A DNA stretch of 64,000 nt from Smithellaceae bacterium (GTDB taxonomy: Bacteria > Desulfobacterota > Syntrophia > Syntrophales > Smithellaceae): NCBI GenBank assembly GCA_963667845.2, contig CAXXVL010000002.1:1120001-1184000 (forward strand), given 5' to 3'. Both the position numbers and the translations under genes were made by a program. This document shows, in pieces, positions 27,015 through 36,898 of this stretch. Each line of letters begins with the position of its first letter. Within the stretch, counting starts at the first letter, position 1. The notes beneath the pieces were generated by a model, which did no database searches, was not told where the DNA came from, and saw only the letters and a program-made list of their open reading frames with translations.

Positions 27015-28472
27015 TCACATTCCGGGAAATACTTTATGGCGGAGCGCCGCGAAATCATCTTTGCCGCAGGCCATCATCAATGTGAGAGGCATGGCTTTAC
27101 GGGCCTGCTTGAGCATCGCTTTGGATAGTTCGCGGATATCCCACTGGGCATGTTCGTCAGTCCTCAGGCGCGACAGGTGGTAGAGTTCCCGGGCGTTTAA
27201 TTTCATAAACACCCGTTTGCGATGTGCGTTGGTCAGCACGTAGGCGGCGGCGTAAGGATCTCTCTGCCCGATTTGTTCATAGGCGCCGTTGGTTTTTTTG
27301 ATCAGGGCCATAAAGTCTTTTTGCCGTCCGATGGCCTTCACCGCCGGCGGTACAGTTTCACCCAAATCGGGGTCATAGTCCTGGCTCACAAGCGTGGCCA
27401 TCCGGTGACGCTTAAGCTGTGCGAAGCAGCTTGCGCTCATGATCAATTCGAAGTGCAGATCAATATTCTCGAGTTCCCTGAGCGCGGCATCATAGGGCTG
27501 GATATTTTCAAAGGCGATTTTGAACAGGGTCCGGGCATCACGCGGACTCATCCGCTGGGCCGTCTTCAGGCAATGGTCATAGCTCAAGCCTGATGATGCA
27601 AAAAGGAGCGAGGCGGCGGCAGTGATATCGGCGTCGGGCGCTGCCCAAACAAGTCGGACGGCATCCGATGATCCGGCGTTACTTTCCCCGGCGATCCGGC
27701 TGCAAAACCCGCGCAGGTTCTGACGGGTCAGGCGATCATAGTCCGTCGCCTGGGTATAGCGGATGAGGGATGGGGCGATGTCTCTCGTTGCGGCATAAAG
27801 TTGTTCGCCGTAACAGCGTGCTTCCGCAAGCGGGAGCGCTGAAAGCCTCCGGAGCATCAGTTCCAGATTGCGGGCGTTAATCGTCATACCCAGCTGGGTT
27901 TCCGTGGCAAGCGAAATCGCGTAACGCGCATCCTCTTTGGCCCAGCCCTCGAGCAGCGATTTGTTGGCCGGATTCTCCGCCAGAGCTCTATTTTGCTCGA
28001 ACACATAAGGCCGCAGCTGCTCATAGAGCTCGCGATAAAAAGCGTTTTGCATGGTGACGGTGGAAACAAACAAATCCTTAAAACCCGCCTCGACAATTTC
28101 CGCGGGTACGACAAAGTCTTTATCAAACAGAACATAACGCTGCGATTTCTCAGTGTAGGAACACAGGCGAAACTTTTCAATTTCTTCCACAAGCAGGCGG
28201 GAAACGCCGATGACGTCAATATTGAAGACGGCGTGCTCGGCAACCGAGCTGTGGCCCATTTCAAAAACGATGTTGCGGTTGGATTTGCGGGCCTTGTCCA
28301 CTTCGGTAAGAGCGTCGGCGCGCAGCTCGTCAACGGACTTGGGACTGCGGCTGATGCGCGCGTAAGCGGCAGAAATCGTTTCCGGCGTGATATCCTGTTT
28401 GATTGCGCTTTTTTCCTTGAGGCTGCGAATCAGATTGTAATCGACATTATAGCCGGCCAGAAGAATCTTCAT
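27015..28472 (-). CDS. thyX: FAD-dependent thymidylate synthase with tandem ThyX domains
   Basis: GHSSVAEH, SYTEKSQRYV in the N-half; LKRHRM and AQWDIR in the C-half. Confidence 0.85.
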   Translation of the reverse strand: MKILLAGYNVDYNLIRSLKEKSAIKQDITPETISAAYARISRSPKSVDELRADALTEVDKARKSNRNIVFEMGHSSVAEHAVFNIDVIGVSRLLVEEIEKFRLCSYTEKSQRYVLFDKDFVVPAEIVEAGFKDLFVSTVTMQNAFYRELYEQLRPYVFEQNRALAENPANKSLLEGWAKEDARYAISLATETQLGMTINARNLELMLRRLSALPLAEARCYGEQLYAATRDIAPSLIRYTQATDYDRLTRQNLRGFCSRIAGESNAGSSDAVRLVWAAPDADITAAASLLFASSGLSYDHCLKTAQRMSPRDARTLFKIAFENIQPYDAALRELENIDLHFELIMSASCFAQLKRHRMATLVSQDYDPDLGETVPPAVKAIGRQKDFMALIKKTNGAYEQIGQRDPYAAAYVLTNAHRKRVFMKLNARELYHLSRLRTDEHAQWDIRELSKAMLKQARKAMPLTLMMACGKDDFAALRHKVFPGM

Positions 28473-28495
28473 CGGTATGCTTTCTTCTCCTTTTG

Positions 28496-29317
28496 TTAGA
28501 GTCGGACCATTTCCACGCGCGGCAGCGTCCGCCCGAGAAAGCGTTCCCCAATCGTCTGAAACCGGTACGGGACATCACTGACGCAAAAGAGATAGTCCGG
28601 CGCCTGCCGGCTTGTATTGCCGAGGTCCCGGCGGATAATCAAATCGGCGGCAATTTCCGCCATCGCCTCCGCGGAATCGATCAGCCGGACGCCTTCTCCG
28701 ACGATATCCTGAAAGAGCGGCTTGAGGAGTGGATAGTGCGTGCAGCCTAGCACCAGCGTATCGATGTGTTCAACCAGGACCGGCTTCAGATATTCTTCGG
28801 CGACGAGACGGGTGGCGGGATGATCCAGCCAGCCCTCTTCCACCAGCGGCACAAACAGGGGGCAGGCCTGAGAGAAAACTTTGGCCTCACGGTCCAGAAG
28901 GTGAATGGCGCGCGCATAAGCGTTCGAGTTGATTGTAGCCGGCGTGCCGATCACGCCGATGGCTTTGCTGCGGGTTGAGGACGCGGCAATTTTCGCGCTG
29001 GCTTCGATGACCTCGAGGACCGGCACGGGCGAGATGTCCCGGATGGCCTGGTAGGCCACAGCCGCCATTGTGTTGCAGGCGACGATCAGGAGTTTGACGT
29101 TCTTCTTCAATAAAAATTCGGTAATTTGCAGCGCATAGCGGTTGATCGTTTCCACGGATTTTATGCCGTAAGGCACGCGCGCCGTATCGCCGAAGTAAAC
29201 GATGCTTTCAAAGGGCAGGCGCTCCATGAGCGACCTCACGACGGTGAGTCCGCCGATGCCGGAATCGAAAACGCCGATCGCCTGATTGTTTTTGTCATTC
29301 ATACTTTTTTCTCTCAT
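28496..29317 (-). CDS. murI: Glutamate racemase
   Basis: GVFDSGIGGLTV, ACNT, LGCTHYP. Confidence 0.96.
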   Translation of the reverse strand: MREKSMNDKNNQAIGVFDSGIGGLTVVRSLMERLPFESIVYFGDTARVPYGIKSVETINRYALQITEFLLKKNVKLLIVACNTMAAVAYQAIRDISPVPVLEVIEASAKIAASSTRSKAIGVIGTPATINSNAYARAIHLLDREAKVFSQACPLFVPLVEEGWLDHPATRLVAEEYLKPVLVEHIDTLVLGCTHYPLLKPLFQDIVGEGVRLIDSAEAMAEIAADLIIRRDLGNTSRQAPDYLFCVSDVPYRFQTIGERFLGRTLPRVEMVRL

Positions 29318-29590
29318 ATCCGCATCATAAAGTCATCGACTTTTTCCTGTTGTTCAGATAAAAAGCAAACCGGCATCGGTTCATAAAGTCGATTGGGGAA
29401 AAGTGCTGTTTTTTTATCACAACTTTCTGAAACATGCCAAGATTTCTTGGACAATGATTATGGTGATTCATCTTCAAGAAAAAACAGTATTTTTTTAAGG
29501 GACTGGCTTTTGACTATCATCATCCATGGTCCTTGACTTATTCTTTCTCATCGATAGATTGTAAGCTGATTCAGCTGGCGGAAGGGAAAA

Positions 29591-30052
29591 ATGATGCGCC
29601 GTTCGGAAAGGGAAATAGAAGACCCGGCAGAAATTAACGCTATTTTGCAGACAGCACCGGTCTGCCGGATCGCTATGGCCGCGGGCGGCCACCCTTATAT
29701 TGTGCCGGTCAACTTTGCGGTAAGCGGTCATCATCTTTATTTCCATTGTGCCCGCAGAGGCAAAAAAATCGACATGCTGCGAGACAATCCATCCGTTTGT
29801 TTTGAGGCGGATATCCCCGGCGATTTGCGGGGGTCTGATACGGCCTGTTCGTGGGGAATGAAGTATAAAAGCGTCATCGGTTTCGGTGAGGCCTATTTTA
29901 TCGAAGGCGGCAGCGAAAAGAAACAGGCTCTTGGCATCCTGATGAAGAAATATGCGGGCGGAGATTCCCTCTCCTATGACGACGCTATCCTGGACAAGGT
30001 CCTCGTGATCGGAGTAAGAATAGAATCCATGTCCGGCAAAAGATCAGATTGA
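29591..30052 (+). CDS. Pyridoxamine 5'-phosphate oxidase-like / NimA flavin-binding protein
   Basis: MRRSEREI, PYIVPVNF, LYFHCA..GKK, YKSVIGFG. Confidence 0.88.
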   Translation: MMRRSEREIEDPAEINAILQTAPVCRIAMAAGGHPYIVPVNFAVSGHHLYFHCARRGKKIDMLRDNPSVCFEADIPGDLRGSDTACSWGMKYKSVIGFGEAYFIEGGSEKKQALGILMKKYAGGDSLSYDDAILDKVLVIGVRIESMSGKRSD

Positions 30053-30109
30053 AGCATGAGGTGCTGTCCTTAGCGTTATGATCATTGCATCGACAATTGC
30101 GGAGATTGC

Positions 30110-30514
30110 ATGATTCAAAATAAGATTGTCGTCCGTTATGCGGATAAGCGTTTGCAGAAAGGCGTCACCATTAATTTTTCCCCCGATCGGGAGACATTTC
30201 ATCTGGGGCCGCCAAAACTGGCAAATGCTGACCAGTTAAAGATCGTTCGGATCGCTGATTTAAAGGCGATTTTTTTTGTGAAAGATTTTGGCGGCAATCC
30301 GTATTTTGAAGAGAGGAAGAATTTTGATCCGGGCAAAGCTGTTTTTGGCCGCAAAGTGAGAGTCGTTTTTCAAGACGGTGAGCTGCTTGTGGGCAGCACC
30401 ACCAGTTATCGACGGGATCGGCCTGGGTTTTTCGTTATCCCGGTGGACCCGAAATCCAACATTGAACGCTGCTTTGTGGTGGTCCGCGCAACCAAAGAAG
30501 TGGCGTTCATTTAA
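30110..30514 (+). CDS. Conserved hypothetical protein (DUF6982-like)
   Basis: KIVVRY.D...KG...NFSP, LKAIFFVKDF.G, GFFVIPVDP.SN; GGAG RBS. Confidence 0.7.
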   Translation: MIQNKIVVRYADKRLQKGVTINFSPDRETFHLGPPKLANADQLKIVRIADLKAIFFVKDFGGNPYFEERKNFDPGKAVFGRKVRVVFQDGELLVGSTTSYRRDRPGFFVIPVDPKSNIERCFVVVRATKEVAFI

Positions 30515-30740
30515 CGGTGGCGACTGTTGACGGCTTTGAGGCCCTTGGATCTTCTTTTTGAAGGCCTCCGGGGCAGATGGATCGGCTTTCCGCAGATGCC
30601 GAACGGTTTGATGGAACCGGCCTCTCGGGATGGTGCCATTTGCAGGAATATCAGGATCGCGAGGGTGCGGACATCACACCCCGGATTCACGGGGAAGCGG
30701 GCCACGCCCGCACGACACTTGATAAGGAAAGTTCGATAGC

Positions 30741-31064
30741 ATGCCTATTTATGTACAAATCTTCTTGCTGGCTGTGGCCTTTATTGTTTTTGTTCTCGGA
30801 GTGATGTACGTCACCGGACTGGGACTCAGGCGGGTCTGTTTCAAAATCATAGCGGAACTGGAAGAAATGAGAGCCGTGAGCCCCGGTAAAGCCGTCAAGC
30901 TTCAGGATGAGAGAAAAAATTTCTTTCGCGTGGGAACGCGCAATTTACGGCCCAAGGCATTGGGCGTCCTTCTTGCCGATGGGCTGGTCATCAAGGCCGG
31001 TGACGGCAAGTACTATTTAGACAAAGAAAAGCTTGCGGAAATGAAAAGCAAGGTCGGCAAGTAG
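30741..31064 (+). CDS. Hypothetical membrane-anchored protein
   Basis: N-terminal TM followed by a basic soluble domain; AAGGA RBS. Confidence 0.7.
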   Translation: MPIYVQIFLLAVAFIVFVLGVMYVTGLGLRRVCFKIIAELEEMRAVSPGKAVKLQDERKNFFRVGTRNLRPKALGVLLADGLVIKAGDGKYYLDKEKLAEMKSKVGK

Positions 31065-31271
31065 ACACGAGCAGTCCTGAATTGAAAAATAAATTCAGAG
31101 GGCTTATTCAAGCCTCCTGGTGAATCGACCGCCTGAATATGGTGCCGGATTACCCAGGAGCGACGCAGGCTGAAAAACAAGCGCGCAAATAGAGGCCCGG
31201 GCGAGGCCTGTCTTTGCGCCAAGGGTTACGCATCATAAAAAAAGAAGACAGACTGTTTATGAACAGTTGCC

Positions 31272-31634
31272 TTACCGGATCGTCAGCGCTGACATCACAT
31301 CCAGAATGCCGTCGGCGGTAAAAAAGTACAATTCATGCGCGGCGACCTGCTGGCTTTTATCCGCCGATTCCCTGAGCACCGGAACAATTTCGATTGCCGA
31401 AATGTCCATCCACTTATTATCCACGTTTATGCGAACAACTGCCCCTTGGGCATTTGTTTCATGAAGAATTTTGTAGGAGCTCAATACCCGGACGACGAAG
31501 TCATTCTTTTGCTTGGTCACGTAAGCCGCCCTCTGCTGAAGGGCGCGGATTTTGCCGTATTCCTGAGCCTGCGCCAAAGGTAAAAAGGAAAGCAGTAATC
31601 CTGCGGCAAAGCACGTGATAAAGATTTTTTTCAT
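31272..31634 (-). CDS. Hypothetical exported protein
   Basis: Sec signal peptide MKK...AQA; GAGG RBS. Confidence 0.75.
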   Translation of the reverse strand: MKKIFITCFAAGLLLSFLPLAQAQEYGKIRALQQRAAYVTKQKNDFVVRVLSSYKILHETNAQGAVVRINVDNKWMDISAIEIVPVLRESADKSQQVAAHELYFFTADGILDVMSALTIR

Positions 31635-31681
31635 GCCGATCTCCTCTCGTCGGGAAAATGCGTTGATTCAATACAATATGA

Positions 31682-31726
31682 TTGACTTTACCGCTTCTTT
31701 TTTCTATATGCCAGATGAAAATTCAT
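31682..31726 (+). promoter_or_regulatory. sigma70-type promoter plus short palindrome upstream of acd-etfBA
   Basis: TTGACT-N17-TATATG followed by ATGAA-AA-TTCAT. Confidence 0.45.
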
Positions 31727-31785
31727 AGTGGTATCAAAAATTAGCGGGCGAGGCGCTTTCGTTCCGACAATTCCGGGAGTAGATT

Positions 31786-32937
31786 TTGCAATTTAACCCG
31801 TGCATGAAACATAAACTGATCCGCAATTCTGCGCGGCACTTTGCCGAAGCGGAACTGGCGCCTATTGCCGCCGAAATTGACCAGCGGAGGATTTTCCCGC
31901 GCGACGTCATTGCCAAAATGCGCGATCTTAACTATTTCGGCCTGCAGGTGCCGAAGGCATACGGCGGTGCGGCGATGGATTCCATCAGCGCCGCGATCGT
32001 GGTTGAAGAGCTCTCCCGTGTCTGCGCGGCGGTCGGCCTGTGCGTGACGGTTCATAACGGGGTAGCCGTCTATCCCTTTCTGCAATTTGCCGATAAAAGC
32101 CAGAAGGACAGATATCTGCCGCAATTGACCGCAGGAGACGTCATCGGAGCGTTCAGCCTGACCGAAGCCAATGCCGGGTCCGATGCCGGCAGCGTAGAAA
32201 CCACTGCCACCCGAACCGGTGCGGATTACGTTTTAAACGGCACGAAAATTTTTGTGACAAACGGCGGCGTCTGCGGTGTTGCGCTGATTTTTGCGTTGAC
32301 CTCGTCGCCGGATAACAGGCTGCAGAGCAGTGTTTTTATTGTCGAGAGCAAATTCCCCGGATTTCTGCGCGGAGAACTGGAAGACTTATGCGGCATGCGT
32401 GCCAACCCCGTGTCGTCCCTGTTTTTCGAGGATTGCCGAGTGCCTGAAGAAAATCTTTTGGGAAAGCTGGGCGACGGCATGAAGATCGGACTTGCGACAC
32501 TGGATAACGGCCGGATCGGCGTCGCGGCCCAGGCCCTGGGCATTGCACAGGGTGCCATGGAAGCGGCGGTGAAGTATGCCAAGGAACGGCAGCAATTCAA
32601 GAAACCCATCGCCACCCAGCAGACCATTCAAAACTATATCGCCGATATGGCAACGGAAATCATGGCCGCACGTCTTCTGCTTTACCGCGCTTGTGAGCTC
32701 AAGGATGAGGGAGCGCCCTTCGGCTGCGAAGCATCGATGGCAAAGCTCTATTGCAGCACGGTGGCCTCGAAAGTAACGTCGCTGGCCGTTCAGATACACG
32801 GCGGGTATGGTTACAGCAAGGAGTACGACGTGGAGCGCTATTTCCGCGACGCCAAGGTGACCGAAATTTATGAAGGCACCAGTGAAATCCAGCGTGTGGT
32901 GATTGCCCGCGCGATATTGTCTCAGCCGATTTTGTGA
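31786..32937 (+). CDS. Acyl-CoA dehydrogenase (short-chain/butyryl-CoA type)
   Basis: FSLTEANAGSD, NGTKIFVTNG, GRIGVAAQA, IYEGTSEIQ; TTG start with GGGAG RBS. Confidence 0.95.
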   Translation: MQFNPCMKHKLIRNSARHFAEAELAPIAAEIDQRRIFPRDVIAKMRDLNYFGLQVPKAYGGAAMDSISAAIVVEELSRVCAAVGLCVTVHNGVAVYPFLQFADKSQKDRYLPQLTAGDVIGAFSLTEANAGSDAGSVETTATRTGADYVLNGTKIFVTNGGVCGVALIFALTSSPDNRLQSSVFIVESKFPGFLRGELEDLCGMRANPVSSLFFEDCRVPEENLLGKLGDGMKIGLATLDNGRIGVAAQALGIAQGAMEAAVKYAKERQQFKKPIATQQTIQNYIADMATEIMAARLLLYRACELKDEGAPFGCEASMAKLYCSTVASKVTSLAVQIHGGYGYSKEYDVERYFRDAKVTEIYEGTSEIQRVVIARAILSQPIL

Positions 32938-32943
32938 GCCGCT

Positions 32944-33771
32944 ATGTTAAATATTGTTGTCTGCATTAAACAGGTTCCGATGGTCACCGAACTGCCCTGG
33001 GATGAAAAAACTGGAACGCTGAGGCGTGATCTGGCTGCCGGGATGATGAATCCCGCATGCAAACACGCCGTGGAAGCCGCGCTCCAGATCAAGGCAGCGC
33101 ATGGAGCATCCATTACCGTGCTGACGATGGGGCCCCCCGCTGCGGAAGAAGTTTTGCGCGAAGCGCTGGCGATGGGCGCCGGCCGCGCCATTCTCATCTG
33201 CGATCGAATATTGGCCGGATCCGACACCTATGCCACGTCGTTTGTCCTGGCCGAAGCCGTCAAGAAAGAGGTCCGAGGCTGCGATCTGATTTTGTGCGGG
33301 GCATACACCTCCGACAGTGAAACCGCTCAGGTGGGGCCGCAACTGGCCGAAGAGCTGCATATCCCGGCGGCGGCTTATGCCGAACATCTCGACATCTCCG
33401 GACGAACGCTGCGCGTGCGGCGTCTGGTGGACAATTTTCGCGAAACACTGGAAATGGAATTTCCCGCCCTCGTTACTGTTTCGATGGAGCAATACGGCCC
33501 GCGCTACGCATCGTTTGCCGGTCTGAACCAGGCCTTCATTGAATCGGACATTGCCATTCTGAATGCGCAAGCCCTGGGAATTACGGCCGCCGATCTCGCA
33601 GCGCACGGGTCGCGCACCAAGGTGCGCAAAGTGTTTATCCGTAAAACCCAGAAAGAAAATGTCAGGATCACCGGGGCGGCGGCCAATGCGGTCGGTGAAT
33701 TTCTCGACCGGTATCAGCGAACGATCGGCGCCGTGATTGGAAAATCGATCGAAGTCAAAAAGCAGGTCTGA
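32944..33771 (+). CDS. etfB: Electron transfer flavoprotein subunit beta
   Basis: VVCIKQVP, TMGPP, AGSDTYAT, DSETAQVGP. Confidence 0.93.
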   Translation: MLNIVVCIKQVPMVTELPWDEKTGTLRRDLAAGMMNPACKHAVEAALQIKAAHGASITVLTMGPPAAEEVLREALAMGAGRAILICDRILAGSDTYATSFVLAEAVKKEVRGCDLILCGAYTSDSETAQVGPQLAEELHIPAAAYAEHLDISGRTLRVRRLVDNFRETLEMEFPALVTVSMEQYGPRYASFAGLNQAFIESDIAILNAQALGITAADLAAHGSRTKVRKVFIRKTQKENVRITGAAANAVGEFLDRYQRTIGAVIGKSIEVKKQV

Positions 33772-33794
33772 GACGGAGAAAAACGGACGGGCGA

Positions 33795-34796
33795 ATGAAG
33801 AAGTCACGAAAAAGCATCTGGGTATTCGGCGATTACCGCAACTATTACCAGAACCGCGTAACGCTGCAGCTCATTTCCAAAGCGGTTGACCTGGCGCGGG
33901 TGATTGACGCGGAAGTCTGTGCGGTTGTCGTCGGCCATGAGATTGAAGAATGGATCATGGAGTACACGGCACACGGTGCGGACCGCATCCTGGCGATCGA
34001 CCATCCTTCTTTAACCAGTTACAGCACGGAACACTATCTGGCGCTCATGGAACGGCTGGCAGGCGAGAGAGGCCCGGATATCATCTTAATCGGTGCGACC
34101 GATTTCGGCCGCGAGTTTGCACCCCGCCTGGCCAAGCGCCTGCAGACCGGCCTGTCCGCCGACTGCGTCGGCTTGGATATCTCGCCCGACGGACTGCTCG
34201 TGCAAATCGCGCCGTCTTTCGGCGGCAACATGCTGGCGGAAATTGTCACGGAGAAGCATCGGCCGCAGATGGCGACCGTGCGCCCCGGCACCTTCAAGGA
34301 AATCCCGCATAATTATGAGCGTACCGCCGTGGTGGAGCGTCTGCCGCTTCCGGCGCATCTGCCGGTTTCCAGCGTTCGTGTCATTCAATACGAGCGTGCT
34401 GCGCAGCGGGAGCACACGATTGAAAACGCAACGGTGATTGTCTGCGGCGGGCGCGGCATGGGCAATAAAAACAATTTCAAAAAACTCGATGAACTGGCGA
34501 GGCTTCTGGGCGGAGACGTCGGCGCGACGCGGCCGGTGGTTTACGCCGGATGGGCCAATCACGAGGCCCTGGTCGGTCAGGCGGGAAAACATATCAAACC
34601 CAGAATTCTCTTTTCCTTCGGCATCAGCGGTGCGATTCAGCATACGGCGGGTCTGGGGGAAGCGAATTTCATCGTCGCGATCAACAAAAATCCTCAGGCC
34701 ACCATGATGAAAATGGCTGACGTTGCCATTACGGCGGATGCCGGGGATCTGTTGAATCACCTGATCAAAGAACTCAAGAAACGCATTCGGGAATAA
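33795..34796 (+). CDS. etfA: Electron transfer flavoprotein subunit alpha
   Basis: TGLSADC, PQMATVRP, CGGRG, GISGAIQH, AINK. Confidence 0.93.
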   Translation: MKKSRKSIWVFGDYRNYYQNRVTLQLISKAVDLARVIDAEVCAVVVGHEIEEWIMEYTAHGADRILAIDHPSLTSYSTEHYLALMERLAGERGPDIILIGATDFGREFAPRLAKRLQTGLSADCVGLDISPDGLLVQIAPSFGGNMLAEIVTEKHRPQMATVRPGTFKEIPHNYERTAVVERLPLPAHLPVSSVRVIQYERAAQREHTIENATVIVCGGRGMGNKNNFKKLDELARLLGGDVGATRPVVYAGWANHEALVGQAGKHIKPRILFSFGISGAIQHTAGLGEANFIVAINKNPQATMMKMADVAITADAGDLLNHLIKELKKRIRE

Positions 34797-34822
34797 TTCC
34801 AACCCATCGTCCGGAGGTCATC

Positions 34823-35125
34823 ATGAACGATTTTCGAAACGTGTTATACGCGATTGATCTGGATGATGACGCCATCACGATATCACATCCCTCGGAGATG
34901 CCATGGAATCTGCAAAACGATTCAATAGCCGGGGCCATTACGCCACGTTCAGAGGAAATGCGGCGGAGGAGATCGTCAAGGACTACAGGAAAATTCGATT
35001 GACCTGCTGATTGTCGGGCATAAACATCGCGGCAGGCTATACTCATCCTTGTCCGACAGCACCGATGTCAATATTATTGATCGGTGCAGCTTCCGGTATT
35101 GGTCATTCCGCAAAAAGGGATGTAA
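34823..35125 (+). pseudogene. Universal stress protein (UspA family) remnant with several frameshifts and an internal deletion
   Basis: GGAGGT RBS + MNDFRNVLYAIDL, then in shifted frames GNAAEEIV, ENSIDLLIVGHKHRG and PVLVIP; all Usp hallmark segments in order. Confidence 0.75.
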
Positions 35126-35200
35126 AAAATAGTATTGTTCCCGAAAACCGGTCCTGGGCCTTTTATGGGTCATCTTGGCCGAATCTTCCAGAGGAGAATC

Positions 35201-36286
35201 ATGGATATTTTAAGCAATATGTATCTGGGGAATATGTTGCAGGACTGGCTGATCGCCGTCTTTATTTTAGTCGTCGTCTTCTCGATATTGAAAATTATTC
35301 AGCGCGTGGTCATCCGCAAACTCGAACGTCTGGCCGCTTCTACGGAGAACCAGATTGACGACCTGATCGTCAGCATGCTCAAGCAGACAAAATTTCTGAT
35401 CCTGCTGGTTGCTTCCGCTTACGTCGCATCGAGTGCGATAACGCTCAAGCCGTCCATTGCCGCCGTGTTGCAGAAAGGGGTCATCCTGATTCTGATTGTC
35501 CAGGGAGGACTGTGGGCCGGCGCCGCTATCTCCTTCGGTCTCAAGCGAATGATCGCCAAGCGGGCCGATCAGGACACGTCCACTGCGACCACCATCACCT
35601 TCCTGGGGTTTGTGGCGCGATTTGTTTTATGGGCGATCGTTCTTCTCTTGGTCCTCGATAACCTGGGCGTCAATATTACCGGCCTGGTTGCCGGTCTCGG
35701 CATCGGCGGCATCGCGGTCGCGCTGGCGGTGCAGAATATCCTCGGCGATCTCCTGGCCTCCCTGTCGATTGTCCTCGACAAGCCGTTCGTGATCGGTGAC
35801 ACGATCGTCATCGATAATCTGACGGGAACCATCGAGCACATCGGCTTGAAGACGACGCGTCTGCGCAGCATTGACGGGGAAGAACTGATTCTTGCCAACA
35901 GCGATCTGTTGAAGAGCAGGATCCACAACTACAAAAGGATGCAGGAAAGGCGCGTGGTGTTCACCTTCGGCGTCACCTATCAGACGCCGCCTCAGACGCT
36001 GACCCGGATCAACGAGATGGTCAGGACGATTATTGAAGCCGAGCAGAAGGCTCGCTTCGACCGCGTCCATTTCAAGGCGTACGGTGACTCGGCGCTTAAT
36101 TTCGAGGTGGTCTACTTTGTGACCGACCAGGATTATAAACTGTACATGGATATCCATCAGTCCATCAACCTGGGCATTTTCCGCCGTTTCCGGGAAGAGG
36201 GCATTGAATTTGCCTACCCCACTCAAACTCTTTATATTCAAAACGACGCAAAAGACCATCTACGGGATCTGCCGCAATCAGGATGA
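35201..36286 (+). CDS. Small-conductance mechanosensitive channel (MscS family)
   Basis: GLGIGGIAVALAVQN, DKPF.IGD, IGLKTTRLR, GIEFAYPT; ATG 35201 after GAGGAG. Confidence 0.93.
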   Translation: MDILSNMYLGNMLQDWLIAVFILVVVFSILKIIQRVVIRKLERLAASTENQIDDLIVSMLKQTKFLILLVASAYVASSAITLKPSIAAVLQKGVILILIVQGGLWAGAAISFGLKRMIAKRADQDTSTATTITFLGFVARFVLWAIVLLLVLDNLGVNITGLVAGLGIGGIAVALAVQNILGDLLASLSIVLDKPFVIGDTIVIDNLTGTIEHIGLKTTRLRSIDGEELILANSDLLKSRIHNYKRMQERRVVFTFGVTYQTPPQTLTRINEMVRTIIEAEQKARFDRVHFKAYGDSALNFEVVYFVTDQDYKLYMDIHQSINLGIFRRFREEGIEFAYPTQTLYIQNDAKDHLRDLPQSG

Positions 36287-36299
36287 TTATCCGAGGCAC

Positions 36300-36348
36300 G
36301 CAGGGAACGGTCTGGCCACCCGTATGGGGTGGCCAGACCGTTCCCTGC
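36300..36348. repeat. Perfect 22-bp inverted repeat (REP-like palindrome) between convergent genes
   Basis: GCAGGGAACGGTCTGGCCACCC-GTATG-GGGTGGCCAGACCGTTCCCTGC. Confidence 0.8.
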
Positions 36349-36382
36349 AGATACGTTGAGGAAAGTCTGGACTTGGATGGAA

Positions 36383-36898
36383 TTATTTCATGATGAAGGT
36401 CATGACCAGCGCGAACACCGCGTAAGTTTCCGGCATGGCGCCCGACACCAGCGCATTGGCCATCGTGTTTCGGCCTTCCTGGATACTGCGGATACCCGCT
36501 GCGCAGACAACACCCTGATACCAGGCGCTCAAAAACATGGTTATGCCAAAGATCGCCGCCCGGCCGGCGACAGTATAAGGATCGGTGTTGAACTGGGCCA
36601 TGTTGGAGAATAAAACCACGATCGAATAAATGCCCTGGGAAGACGGCATCATGGCCACGGCAATATTCTTATAAAAATTTTCCGTTCCCCCGCCCAGAAG
36701 GGCTGAAAACGAAATGGACAGGCCGACGGCGGAGCCCGCCAAGCCCAGAGACAGGCTCAGTCCCATCACGATTTTGGCAATGAGCGGCGCCCAGTTTTCC
36801 GGCGTTGCCGCTGCCTGGGCTACGGCCGGGGAAACAAATCCCACCGTCACAAGGACCGCCGCCAAAACTACCATAACCCATTTTCCCTTCTTGCTCAT
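36383..36898 (-). CDS. ntpK: V/A-type ATPase subunit K (c-ring), Na+-site signature
   Basis: PSSQGIY, YQG and PETY motifs; N-terminal signal-like extension. Confidence 0.88.
   Translation of the reverse strand: MSKKGKWVMVVLAAVLVTVGFVSPAVAQAAATPENWAPLIAKIVMGLSLSLGLAGSAVGLSISFSALLGGGTENFYKNIAVAMMPSSQGIYSIVVLFSNMAQFNTDPYTVAGRAAIFGITMFLSAWYQGVVCAAGIRSIQEGRNTMANALVSGAMPETYAVFALVMTFIMK

Noticed and set aside
35011..35358. 115-aa ORF, and upstream extension of mscS to 35135
   Set aside because: Overlaps the usp remnant; mscS has a clear RBS at ATG 35201
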